From contig CP181291.1 of NCBI GenBank assembly GCA_052279835.1, positions 1,056,001 through 1,120,000 of the forward strand: a stretch of 64,000 bases of DNA, read 5' to 3'. A program made the translations under genes and the position numbers. This document shows, in pieces, positions 48,852 to 58,577 of the stretch; positions within the stretch are counted from its first letter, which is position 1, and each line of letters opens with the position of its first letter. This DNA is from Microcoleus sp. GTDB taxonomy: Bacteria > Cyanobacteriota > Cyanobacteriia > Cyanobacteriales > Microcoleaceae. The notes under the pieces are model-generated. The model saw only the letters and a program-made list of their open reading frames with translations. It was not told where the DNA came from and ran no database searches.

Positions 48852-49745
48852 CTAAATCACTTTCTCATCGCACGTTTCAGGGAGACTCTTTTCAGGAGGA
48901 AGCAACTGTAACGACAAACCTTCCCGCGCCATCAAGCTGTTCGGGAACCTTTGAGCAACTTGCTCTCCCACTTTGTCTAAGAACTCATCATTGTGCAAAG
49001 GATCGTGGTGAAAAATCACCAACTTTTTGACGTTAGCCGCCTTAGCCACTTTCACCGCTTCCTGCCAAGTTGAATGTCCCCAGCCAACCCGGCTCGACTT
49101 TTCCGAATAATACTCCTCATCCGTATAAGTAGCATCGTAGATCAGGACCTCAGCATCCTGAGCTAATTTCACCACATTTTTATCCAAGCTGTCTGCAAAA
49201 TGTTCTGTATCACTCACGTAAGCCGCCGCATAGCCCCGCCAGTTAACTCGGTAGCCCATAGCTTCTCCTGGATGGTTCAACAAAGCAGTTTCCACCTTGA
49301 TCTCCCCGATTTCCACTGTATCGCCGACTTTAATATCATTGAACTTCAGGTCTGCACCCATAATTTGTAGGGGAACTGGAAAATTTGGGTGAAGCATCTG
49401 GTCGTTCAGGCGCTGCTGGATAGTAGCTTGGTTAGGAGCAACAGCACCATAGATGTGAAAACAATTGCCCTTGACAAAAGCTGGGACAAAAAACGGAAAT
49501 CCTTGAATGTGATCCCAGTGAGAGTGAGTGAAAAACATATGAGCTTCTACAGGCATCTGCGACAGGAGAGTTTGTCCCAAAACCCGTAACCCTGTACCGC
49601 CATCGAAAATCAAGCGGCTGTCACCCACTCGCATTTCAATACAGGGTGTGTTGCCCCCGTAACGTACTGTTTCAGCTCCCGGAGACGCTATGCTACCTCT
49701 AACGCCCCAGAAGTGAACTGTGAATTGGCTTTGCATACTAGACAT
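48852..49745 (-). CDS. MBL-fold metallo-hydrolase
   Basis: FWGVRGS, YGGNTPC, THSHWDHIQG, LNHPG, DTEH, GHS, FHHDP. Confidence 0.92.
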   Translation of the reverse strand: MSSMQSQFTVHFWGVRGSIASPGAETVRYGGNTPCIEMRVGDSRLIFDGGTGLRVLGQTLLSQMPVEAHMFFTHSHWDHIQGFPFFVPAFVKGNCFHIYGAVAPNQATIQQRLNDQMLHPNFPVPLQIMGADLKFNDIKVGDTVEIGEIKVETALLNHPGEAMGYRVNWRGYAAAYVSDTEHFADSLDKNVVKLAQDAEVLIYDATYTDEEYYSEKSSRVGWGHSTWQEAVKVAKAANVKKLVIFHHDPLHNDEFLDKVGEQVAQRFPNSLMAREGLSLQLLPPEKSLPETCDEKVI

Positions 49746-49799
49746 GGGTTTTCCTGCAAGATTGCTCCGGCGATCTGTTGGTAAGGTGTTTACATCTTG

Positions 49800-49957
49800 T
49801 TGACATACTCACCGCCCTAAAAGTGCGGTGATTCTTGACGCTTCACCAGGGTCTGCTACCAAAGTAGTCTTACGTCCCTTCTGCGTCCGTTTAGAGTCGT
49901 GGCAATGCCCTATCCCGACTTTATTTATTTTTTTAGCTGCATTCAAGTCTCTGTCTT
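49800..49957 (-). ncRNA. Stand-alone TnpB-family omegaRNA / right-end remnant
   Basis: Reverse complement aligns with 48645-48802 (aagtcgggat.gggcat.gccacgact.taaa...gaagcgtcaagaatcaccgcactt..agggc.gtgagtatgtcaa); no tnpB upstream. Confidence 0.75.
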
Positions 49958-50372
49958 TGTAAGGGCTGTGCCATCAAACCTCTGCTCTGGGAAGTCTCGA
50001 TCGCAACTATGATTTTTTTGAGCAGTGTTTGTTAGCAAATGTTAACAAATACATTATTTGAGATGCTGTCTCGAATTTTGTGTGTATCCAATATTGATAG
50101 CAGCATTCCCATCTCGATTACAAATGTTACCACTACTTTACCGGGTTTGAGGCCGATCGGACAAAGTGGAAGGCCCCCTATCTCCTGCTCCCAGCCAGGA
50201 GGGAGTGCTATCAACAAGCACTCGTTTAATGATAACTGAACTCTAGCAGTTTAGGGTAAAGAAGTGGCTAGATGCCCCGTCGAGGCTTCCCAGACCATTG
50301 GGCGATCGGGTCAAGGGGAGCATTACTGCTCCACCCCCTCCTATCCCCGAACAACTCTGCCGATAACTTGAA

Positions 50373-50400
50373 GTATAATGTAGCTATTACTACATTATAC
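50373..50400. promoter_or_regulatory. 11-6-11 perfect inverted repeat containing an NtcA consensus
   Basis: GTATAATGTAG-ctatta-CTACATTATAC; tGTA-N8-TACa at 50379-50394. Confidence 0.5.
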
Positions 50401-50785
50401 CCCTTTAACTAATTTGACACAGGAATTAATGAGTATTTACAAAAGCGATATTATCCCATTATATGCGGTCATAAAAATCAACAAAATAGTTGATATCTAC
50501 CCAAAAATTATGGGTAACGACCACCGAGATAGTGAATATTAATTTAACACAAATACCCTCATATTTTATCATAAAAAAACAGTGGTTTCACGGGATATTT
50601 TAATACAAAAAACAAATTAATTCTGCGTCAAAGCTATGGATTGAGGAGTTTGGATGCCATGATTTTTTTGGGAGTGAGCTTGCCTAGGATATTCCAAGGT
50701 TTTTGCATTTAGTGGTAGGCGGTTCTCACCCTCATTGCTGCTTGTTGTTACTATTTCAATATACAAATTGATCCAAAAACTCAGT

Positions 50786-51700
50786 ATGGAACGAGTCAAA
50801 AAAACTACAGCCAAAATGCCTCCCAGACAAGAGGAACAGTCAGAAGCTAATGACCAACTGCGATCGGACCACTTGCAGAAATTACCCTCATCCATGACCG
50901 ATGTCCAGGTTTTGAAGAAATATACACCGGAAAACCGTCCATTTCCTCAAACTATACCAACAGCAGTTCCTGAGTCAGCCAGACACCCCAGGACTGACTT
51001 TCAAAGATCCTCGAACCGGCCTGTGGTTTCTACTACCTTGCTCAAATGGCTGTTAGGGCGTTGGAATCGATCGTCTGGCACCCTGGCAGTTTTAACAGCT
51101 TCAGCAGTTTGGGGCTGGTGGAACAGTCAATTGCTGGCTGCTACGGGCTTGGGCATCGGAGCGATGATGTTGGTTTACCGGGCACAGTCCTGGGATTGGC
51201 AACAATTGCGATCGCATATGGAGCAATTTTGGGACAGCCCCAGCCGACGCTTGGTAGTAGCGGTGGGTAGTGGCGGCCTTGCTACTTTAGGAACTTACAT
51301 GAGTTTTTCGATTTGGGCACAGTCTGAGAGTAACTGGATGGCTCTGAGCGCAATTTTACAAAATTTGGGGACGATCGCCATTGTGGTATTTTTGGTACGG
51401 CAAGTCTGGAGCCAAAGTGCTTCCAAAGATGAAGCGGTAGTAGATGGCATCCTGGCGGATTTGACGGATGCAGACCCTGTAAAGCGTTTGATAGCAGTGT
51501 GGCAAATGACCGATTTGGTCAAAAGTCCTGGGTTTTGGAAACCCAGTTCCCTGAAAAATTCCATCGGCCTGTCGCACACTGCTGAGTGCTTTCGCTTGAT
51601 GCTGAATCAAGAACCAGAAGCTATAGTCCGCAATGCCCTTCTAGAAGCTTTGCAGACTTTGGACTCTCTACATTGTTCTGAAAAAACCAAATCAAGCTGA
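50786..51700 (+). CDS. Hypothetical membrane protein with C-terminal HEAT-like helices
   Basis: TM segments; LTDADPVKRLIAV and EPEAIVRNALLEAL; start uncertain. Confidence 0.75.
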   Translation: MERVKKTTAKMPPRQEEQSEANDQLRSDHLQKLPSSMTDVQVLKKYTPENRPFPQTIPTAVPESARHPRTDFQRSSNRPVVSTTLLKWLLGRWNRSSGTLAVLTASAVWGWWNSQLLAATGLGIGAMMLVYRAQSWDWQQLRSHMEQFWDSPSRRLVVAVGSGGLATLGTYMSFSIWAQSESNWMALSAILQNLGTIAIVVFLVRQVWSQSASKDEAVVDGILADLTDADPVKRLIAVWQMTDLVKSPGFWKPSSLKNSIGLSHTAECFRLMLNQEPEAIVRNALLEALQTLDSLHCSEKTKSS

Positions 51701-51732
51701 GTCGTTAAAAATTAAATTTGAATTCGGAATTT

Positions 51733-52350
51733 TTAAAAGCCAAAAATTAAATCATGGACTACTAGCTGACCATCAAAAGCGTAAAAAGTGATTCGAGAAA
51801 TATTTGGTGCTTTGACACGCAGTTCAGTGCTCGGCTTAATGGCAGAATTAGACCCTACCAGATTGGGTGCTGGCATTTCATCCTGAGCAATTTGGACACC
51901 ATCCAGGTCGCAAGCAGACAAAACCGTTCGCCGGGAACTGGTGACAAGTCCTGACACAAAGCGAACTGGATACTTAAAAGAGATTTCTATCTGTCCGCTT
52001 TTGGGGGCTCCCATTAAAATTGTGATCCCAGGAACCGTCAAAAATGCTGGGTTGGAAGGTTGGATTGCCACCACATTGGTAAAAGTTAGCCCCCAATGTT
52101 TAAACTGGTGTTCTACTACTTCAAAGCATTTCAACTCTTCTAAAGCTAGTCGCACAGAATCCGGTGCTACAGCAGGCATCCGAGGCTCTGCTCCCCCCAC
52201 AGAGCGGTCGGGAGTAGCAACCACAACATTATTTTTGCCGTTTAAATCTACGCTTCGACATGGAGTCTCAAATTCTGCTATCCTGTCAGACTGAAGACTT
52301 TTTGTGTCAACCATAAAACCCTCGCGATCGCTTTTCCTGAGCAGTTGCAT
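51733..52350 (-). CDS. Conserved hypothetical protein
   Basis: 205 aa, GGGAG RBS; PSNPAF...LMGAPKSG, FDGQL. Confidence 0.75.
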   Translation of the reverse strand: MQLLRKSDREGFMVDTKSLQSDRIAEFETPCRSVDLNGKNNVVVATPDRSVGGAEPRMPAVAPDSVRLALEELKCFEVVEHQFKHWGLTFTNVVAIQPSNPAFLTVPGITILMGAPKSGQIEISFKYPVRFVSGLVTSSRRTVLSACDLDGVQIAQDEMPAPNLVGSNSAIKPSTELRVKAPNISRITFYAFDGQLVVHDLIFGF

Positions 52351-53047
52351 CGTTAGTAGACCTCCCTGAGATTAGTTATTTTTTGTGTGGTGGAATTGAG
52401 CGGGGGGCGACTAATGATTGCCAAACCCCCCCAATTCAGAATAAACAACCGACCCTCACCTTTCTAACAAAGACTTTCGACATGAAAAGTCGCTGCTCCG
52501 CAAAGTATCGTGATTAATGATTAGACATCTCCCATAATTCCTGCGGGGTAGGTATCCAGCCAGCCCTTGACAGCCTTTTTGGGACACATCTATGAGTTAT
52601 TTGCTCCCACTTGTGTGATAACTTCAGCGTTTGGGTAGAGCGCTACCTATCCATTGTCAATTATTGTCCAGTAAATTAGTTACCAAAGTCAGACCGATCG
52701 ACAGCAAACCCACCGTGGGCTGTGAAAGAGAGCTTTAGCACTGTAACTGTGCAAGCATCGCTTTGAGATAGCGACTCACTGAGTTTTTGACAGTGAGGGG
52801 TATTACCCATCACCTTGCTATTATCTCCCATTCACAGTAGTTTGCAAGGGTGAGGATAACTACACAACCCGAACAGCAAAAATCTCAAAAGTTGCTTCCT
52901 GTCTGTAGTTTGACCCTTCACCTGTAATTTCATATAATTAAATCAATACTCAAACTTTACAAAAGCACCCTCAACTAAACAATTTTTTTCACATTCAGAC
53001 TGATGCCAGACCCAAATCTACCATCTCACTACAATTGAGGTTTATTT

Positions 53048-53953
53048 ATGCTTTTGCCCCTAGGCTTCGGTCAACGATCGACAGTTACTTCCCAAGGCCG
53101 AATGGTATACTACACTGCGGAAAAAACGCCTTGGATCAAGATACCTACCTCAACTTCGGATAATTTGCCGAACTTGGTATTTTTTCACGGTTTTGGAGGC
53201 GGTTCCAGTGCCTACGAATGGTCGAAAGTTTATCCGGCTTTTGCCGCGGACTATCGAGTTTTGGCACCGGATTTAATCGGCTGGGGACGATCGGAACATC
53301 CGGCGAAAAATTACCAGGTTGACGATTATATCACATCTTTAATCGAATTTCTCGAAAAAACTTGCGGGAGTCCGACGGATGTGATAGCGTCTTCTCTGAC
53401 TGGGGCGATCGCAATTCGAGCAGCGATCGCCAGACCAGACCTGTTCAAATCCCTGATTTTGACCACACCTAGCGGTTTGTCGGACTTTGGCAAAGATTAC
53501 AGCAAAAGTTTATTTGCTCAAATAGTCAGCACACCTATTTTAGACCGCTTGCTTTACAGTACCGGAATTGCCACAGATGGGGGCATCCGCAACTTCCTGG
53601 AACAGCGGCAATTTGCCGATGACCGCCGAGTTTACCAAGAAATCGTAGATGCTTACCTAGAATCTGCCTTGGAACCGAATGCAGAGTATGCCGCTCTTTC
53701 TTTTGTGCGAGGAGATTTATCCTTCGATTTATCCCTATACATAACTCAGCTAACCACGCCGACTGTGATGATTTGGGGAGAAAAGTCACAATTTACCAGC
53801 CCTGAGATTGGCCAGCGATTGGCAAATCTCAACCCCGAAGCCATCAAAGTATTCCAAATTTTGGAAAATGTCGGTTTGACACCGCAGCTAGAAATTCCCG
53901 CTGTCACCATTGGCTTGATCCGGCAATATTTAAAGTTGCTATCGGAAGGGTAA
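53048..53953 (+). CDS. Alpha/beta-fold hydrolase
   Basis: FFHGFGGG, APDLIGWGRS, ASSLTG. Confidence 0.9.
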   Translation: MLLPLGFGQRSTVTSQGRMVYYTAEKTPWIKIPTSTSDNLPNLVFFHGFGGGSSAYEWSKVYPAFAADYRVLAPDLIGWGRSEHPAKNYQVDDYITSLIEFLEKTCGSPTDVIASSLTGAIAIRAAIARPDLFKSLILTTPSGLSDFGKDYSKSLFAQIVSTPILDRLLYSTGIATDGGIRNFLEQRQFADDRRVYQEIVDAYLESALEPNAEYAALSFVRGDLSFDLSLYITQLTTPTVMIWGEKSQFTSPEIGQRLANLNPEAIKVFQILENVGLTPQLEIPAVTIGLIRQYLKLLSEG

Positions 53954-54088
53954 AAAAGTCAACTGACAACGGCCAGTTGTTGTTTATTGGTTATGGGTTA
54001 TTGGTTATGGGTTATTCGTGATTATAATAGTGTGAATAAAAAATAACCAATAACTAATAACCAATAAAGAATAACTAATAACTAGTAG

Positions 54089-54613
54089 CTATTTGACGCG
54101 CACATCAATGACGCTGGCGTTGAAAATATACTTCTTGCCTTCAAGTTCTAGCGTAGTGCCAATTTTGACCTTCGTATTGCCTAAAACAGGACCGTTGTCA
54201 GTAATTTGACCTTTACCTTCTAAGGTAAACATCATATTTCTGCTGAAAGATTCTTCTTCTCTGGGGTCTGGTAGAGCTTTCAATGTGCCGTTGGGCTGAG
54301 GAACGGCGAGGGTTCTGGTCAAGGTTTTGACAGCTTTGATCGTAATCTGACCGGAGGGTTGGTTACGGATAATCACATTGATTTTATCCCCTGCTTTGAA
54401 TAACTCTTGAAAGTTTGTCCCTTTAAGACCGATCGCAATGGCATCGATTTCTACTGGTTTGACATCGGCGCCGCCAACTTGGGCTACAGAACCACCAGAA
54501 GTACCAGGGAAGAAGAAGATTCCGACTGCAACTAGCAGGATGATCAGAGCAGCACCTAGGTCTAGGATGCTAAGTTTACCGAACAAGCGGCCTTGTGAAT
54601 CCAAAATTTTCAT
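54089..54613 (-). CDS. DUF4330-family protein
   Basis: MKILDSQGRLFGKLSILD N-terminus followed by a TM helix. Confidence 0.85.
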   Translation of the reverse strand: MKILDSQGRLFGKLSILDLGAALIILLVAVGIFFFPGTSGGSVAQVGGADVKPVEIDAIAIGLKGTNFQELFKAGDKINVIIRNQPSGQITIKAVKTLTRTLAVPQPNGTLKALPDPREEESFSRNMMFTLEGKGQITDNGPVLGNTKVKIGTTLELEGKKYIFNASVIDVRVK

Positions 54614-54924
54614 AAAAATCTTCGGGAGTGTAGAAACCGCGTAGCTTGATAGTCGCGGACGAAACACGAGTCGCTGAATTTATCCAGCGTCTTCTGTGAG
54701 GGGTTGATAGCTTAAGAAGTATCTGTACAAGCCAAAAGATATTACCACGATCGCTGCTCACAATCCGCAGGACTTGAAGACCTGATATGTATCAGTCTCA
54801 AGGGCGGCATAAATTGAAAAAGTCCGAGCATTGATTCTGGGAATCCCCTTGTCAATCAAGCTATACTTCAAGAATGCCATAGATCCTACTCACAAAAGCG
54901 GTCGAAACAAAGGCTATACTTATC

Positions 54925-55785
54925 ATGTTTAAAAAAAATTGGTTGACAATCCGGCGTAGATGTGGTAAAGGAATTTATTTATTTCTGTCTCTGATTGTGA
55001 CTGCGGGAATCTGGGTGGTGTCGCCGGAACCGATGCAAGCATTTTCTTTGCCAGAACTGATTTTTCGAGGTATTCAAGTTATTCAATTGTCGAATGTGTC
55101 CGATCGCCAAGAAGTGGCTATAGGTAAAGAAATCAATCAGCAGTTGGCTGGACGGGAATTTAAAATTTATCCCGATCGCGCCACTACAGCATATATCAAC
55201 CGCATCGGTCAGCGACTGGTCCAAAATAGCGATCGCCCGAATATTCCCTATACCTTCCAAGTCGTTGACGATGACAATATTAATGCCTTTGCGACAATGG
55301 GCGGTTTTATTTATGTGAATAAAGGTTTAATGACCGCGGCAGATAATGAAGCTCAATTAGCCAGCGTGATCGGCCATGAAATCGGCCACATTAGTGCTCG
55401 CCACGCGATTAAACAAATGCGTCAAATGGCGATCGCCTCTGGTGTCGCTTCAGCAGCGGGACTCGATGGTTCTAAGGTAGTGCAGCTAGGGGTGGAACTG
55501 GCTTTGCGCCGTCCCCACAGCCGTCAAGCTGAATACGAAGCAGATCAGTTCGGATTGCAAACCATGGGGCGATCGGGCTACGCTCAATCGGGGATGGTGG
55601 ATTTTATGAAAAAGTTGCTCAATAGATCTTCTCCCCCCAGCATTTTGAGCACTCATCCGGCTACCGATTCCCGCATTACGGCGATCGAACAGGGAATCGA
55701 TCCGAGTTTGGCTACGGGTGAAGGCTTGAACAATGGGACTTACAGACAGGAAATCCGCAGGCTTCTGGGTTCCTCGCGTCAGTAG
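54925..55785 (+). CDS. M48-family metalloprotease
   Basis: INAFATMGG, HEIGH, E.EAD, STHP. Confidence 0.92.
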   Translation: MFKKNWLTIRRRCGKGIYLFLSLIVTAGIWVVSPEPMQAFSLPELIFRGIQVIQLSNVSDRQEVAIGKEINQQLAGREFKIYPDRATTAYINRIGQRLVQNSDRPNIPYTFQVVDDDNINAFATMGGFIYVNKGLMTAADNEAQLASVIGHEIGHISARHAIKQMRQMAIASGVASAAGLDGSKVVQLGVELALRRPHSRQAEYEADQFGLQTMGRSGYAQSGMVDFMKKLLNRSSPPSILSTHPATDSRITAIEQGIDPSLATGEGLNNGTYRQEIRRLLGSSRQ

Positions 55786-55792
55786 TCAACAG

Positions 55793-56560
55793 CTAGCTCG
55801 GTGAAACCACTGGACTCAAAACCGATTTCTGGAGGGGATTTTCCGAGGAGTTCAATGGTCTAACCAATTCGTCTAAGGGCAAAATTCGGACTTGATGGTT
55901 AAATACATTAACTTGATAAACTCGGCGATAGTTGAGGTCAAATCCTGTCAGCCAGCCACTCTTGGGATGATAAGCACCCGTGTCAATATCTAGCCACCCT
56001 TGTCCTCTGACTAATTCCCCCGGTCTGACACCCTGAAACGTAAAGGTGATCGTGTGACCCGTGATAATTAATTTATCGGGAAAATAGGGTTGAGAGATGT
56101 TGTGAAAATCCTTGCGAATCCAGCAGAGTTGTTCGCTAGACTGCTGGTCAACGGGGAGTGTGGGATCGACCCCGGCGTGGACTAGCCAGATGTCGCCCAA
56201 GTCGAGGTGGGTGGGGAGCGATCGCATCCATTCTAAGTGCTGGTAGGGCATCATCCCTGTATTTCTGTAACTGTCGATGGTGGCATCACCGCCACTGCAA
56301 AGCCAAGCTTGCCACGATCGCATATCAGCAAGGCCATCCACTAGAGCATTTAACATCAGTTGTTCGTGGTTGCCTAACAGAGCTTGGTAACGACTTTGCT
56401 TGACAAATTCTACTACTTGAGCACTCTTGGGTCCGCGATCGATTAAGTCTCCCAGAAAATACACGCGATCCTCCGACCCAGGGGCAAGTGCCTCTAGCAA
56501 GGTCATTAAGCCATCGAAATGCCCATGTACGTCACCAATAACAATGCGCCGATGCTCCAT
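55793..56560 (-). CDS. Metallophosphoesterase (PrpA/ApaH-like Ser/Thr phosphatase)
   Basis: GDVHG, GDLIDRG, GNHE, HAG, GHT, IDTG. Confidence 0.92.
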   Translation of the reverse strand: MEHRRIVIGDVHGHFDGLMTLLEALAPGSEDRVYFLGDLIDRGPKSAQVVEFVKQSRYQALLGNHEQLMLNALVDGLADMRSWQAWLCSGGDATIDSYRNTGMMPYQHLEWMRSLPTHLDLGDIWLVHAGVDPTLPVDQQSSEQLCWIRKDFHNISQPYFPDKLIITGHTITFTFQGVRPGELVRGQGWLDIDTGAYHPKSGWLTGFDLNYRRVYQVNVFNHQVRILPLDELVRPLNSSENPLQKSVLSPVVSPS

Positions 56561-56814
56561 TGTACTTATTCAATTTCCTGACTCTCAACAAAAACCCGTA
56601 GCTAACAGCATCTGATTTTGCTGCTAGGCTTTTTGCCCTCTGGTTCCTAACAGGGGGTGTCACCCATTATACTGTTTCGTATAAAGATTTAGTAAAGTTT
56701 ACGACTATTTACAGAACACCGAAAATTTGGGTTGATGCAAAAACCCAGTAGATTTAACCACCAGCGACATAGCTCTTAACTAGCCTCGCATCGAGAGGGT
56801 GTCGCGATCGCTAC

Positions 56815-58342
56815 GCCTCTAATCGCTAATTCATTGGACGTTTGTGGAAAACGCATACATATACCCATCGTTGCGGTGGATTGATTCGCAGTATTTATGA
56901 CGCACTGGACTTACCTTGCCTAGTGGCGTTCTCATCTCGAAAACTCCACTTTCTCTGACAGTCAACCTGCCGACGTGAGTACCTGCAAACTTCCCCGAAG
57001 GGAGAACTGCCCTCACCATATCGCCAGTCCCAAACCCAAAAAACGTCTTGCACCGCGTTCTGTGCCTCACCGGAAATCCATATTTATTAGTCGTAGACAT
57101 CTGACGATTGCCCCATCCTTTAGCTGAAATTAGCAACGGCTTCTTAGCGTGAACTTGCAGCATTTCTACATTTCCTACGCAGGCGGCATCCAGCCAATGA
57201 GTTTTAGGTAGTTGCAGTCGAGTACGATTGAACTTTGTTCTACCTCCTGTTGAAACTTCTATTGGTGATCCTGTTTGTTTAAGTCGTTGAAATAATGCCC
57301 AACGGGTAGAATTTACCGCAGTTGCATCTTTCAAAGGTTGTGAGGCCTGCTTCAAAATACGGGACAATATCTCAGGCTTTTTGGATAAGAACTCCCGGAT
57401 ATCTTGATTGCCTTTCTTTTGGTTGCATCCATGACAGGCTATGGCGAGATTGGAAACTCTATCGCTTCCACCTTTTGATTTTGGGTGAATGTGTTCTACC
57501 TCAAAAGGTACGTTTTCCACCCCGCAGTAAGCGCACTTCCTCCCCCATTTCTCTAATAAGTATTCCCTGACTTCATAGCCCGCAAGTTCACCTTGCTGAT
57601 ACTCCTTGCCAGAAATTTCGGGATTCTGCATTGCCTGCGTGTCAAATTTAACCAATTCCTGCGATATGCCTGTAATTGGCACATATCGACGGACGCGGTT
57701 AACCCAAGTCATGATATTCTTCACCCTGGATTCTCTACTCGGTGGCAACCATCCAGGCGTTCTCTTGCGGTTCAGAAAGCGTGGTTTGCGGTAACGAGTT
57801 TTGCGGTTACGACGATTGCGACGAATGGCACGACGCGATTCTAAGTCGTTTTTAATTTGCTGCCCGCGATGGGTTAATTCCGCACCCCAGATAACTTGAT
57901 CGCCCTGCACAATTGCTAGCCCAGTAGTCTTGGAACCTGGATCAATTTTTAATTGAGCAGGTTGCACTTGCGGGTCTGAAACTGCATATTTCAGGATGAT
58001 CGTGAACGGGTAACGGCGATATACAGCCGCTTGTTGTAGGTTCAATAATCGTCTTGCCTGTCCTGGCGGTACTGGATCAAGCGGTTGTTTGTTGGTATCT
58101 AGAACGAACACAAAGTTAGACATAAAAGTCCTCTGATTACTCAGGTTATGTTTTCCTCGTCAATGTTAGCGAGGCTTGTCGTGCCGGAGACACTTCCTTA
58201 GCTAAATAAAGATGTTTAATCTCCGGCGACAGAGCTACAGGCCCGAAAGCACCCGTAGGTGTCGTGACCCTGCTAACGTAGCCTAGTTAAAGGCTTAGAC
58301 TGGCTACCTTGTCCACTTTTGTCCAGTGATTAGCGGATAGCC
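56815..58342 (-). mobile_element. IscB-omegaRNA element bounded by imperfect terminal inverted repeats
   Basis: Left gcctctaatcgctaattcattggacgtttgtggaaaa versus reverse complement of the right end ggctatccgctaatcactggacaaaagtggacaa. Confidence 0.65.
56831..58123 (-). CDS. iscB: RNA-guided endonuclease IscB
   Basis: PLDP (PLMP-like), RuvC-I IDPGSK, Arg-rich bridge helix RRAIRRNRR, RuvC-II ELVKFD, HNH EHIHPKSKGGSD..SNL..AC..CN, RuvC-III HWLDA. Confidence 0.95.
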   Translation of the reverse strand: MSNFVFVLDTNKQPLDPVPPGQARRLLNLQQAAVYRRYPFTIILKYAVSDPQVQPAQLKIDPGSKTTGLAIVQGDQVIWGAELTHRGQQIKNDLESRRAIRRNRRNRKTRYRKPRFLNRKRTPGWLPPSRESRVKNIMTWVNRVRRYVPITGISQELVKFDTQAMQNPEISGKEYQQGELAGYEVREYLLEKWGRKCAYCGVENVPFEVEHIHPKSKGGSDRVSNLAIACHGCNQKKGNQDIREFLSKKPEILSRILKQASQPLKDATAVNSTRWALFQRLKQTGSPIEVSTGGRTKFNRTRLQLPKTHWLDAACVGNVEMLQVHAKKPLLISAKGWGNRQMSTTNKYGFPVRHRTRCKTFFGFGTGDMVRAVLPSGKFAGTHVGRLTVRESGVFEMRTPLGKVSPVRHKYCESIHRNDGYMYAFSTNVQ

Positions 58343-58360
58343 CACATAACCTAGGCAGTT
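58130..58360 (-). ncRNA. IscB omegaRNA (HEARO-like)
   Basis: Upstream of iscB: GGCTATC/GGTAGCC stem, ccagtctaag, ctacgtt, acgacacc, ctctgtcg, ttaaaca, aacattgacgagg; guide 5' of 58342. Confidence 0.8.
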
Positions 58361-58370
58361 GTTATACTTC

Positions 58371-58440
58371 TATAGCAATCCTAAATGAGTCGCAAGTTTT
58401 TTACCCCACCCCAACCCTCCCCTTACTAAGGGGAGGGAGC
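58371..58440. repeat. REP/MITE-like fragment
   Basis: tatagcaatcctaaat end and ccctcccctta-c-taaggggaggg hairpin. Confidence 0.55.
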
Positions 58441-58577
58441 AAGAAATTGACAAATGAAGAAAGGGGACTCGAACAAGTCAAAGTCCCCTTTCTGAAGCAA
58501 AGCTATTTCATTATGACAAACAGGGTTTTGTAGGGGTAGGCCCCTACAAAAAAATTAACCAATCAGTCTCGCTGCTA

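Noticed and set aside
50363..50393. loxP-like site (ataactt..gtataatgta.gctat)
   Set aside because: The resemblance needs gaps and the right arm is absent; an NtcA-type palindrome explains it better.
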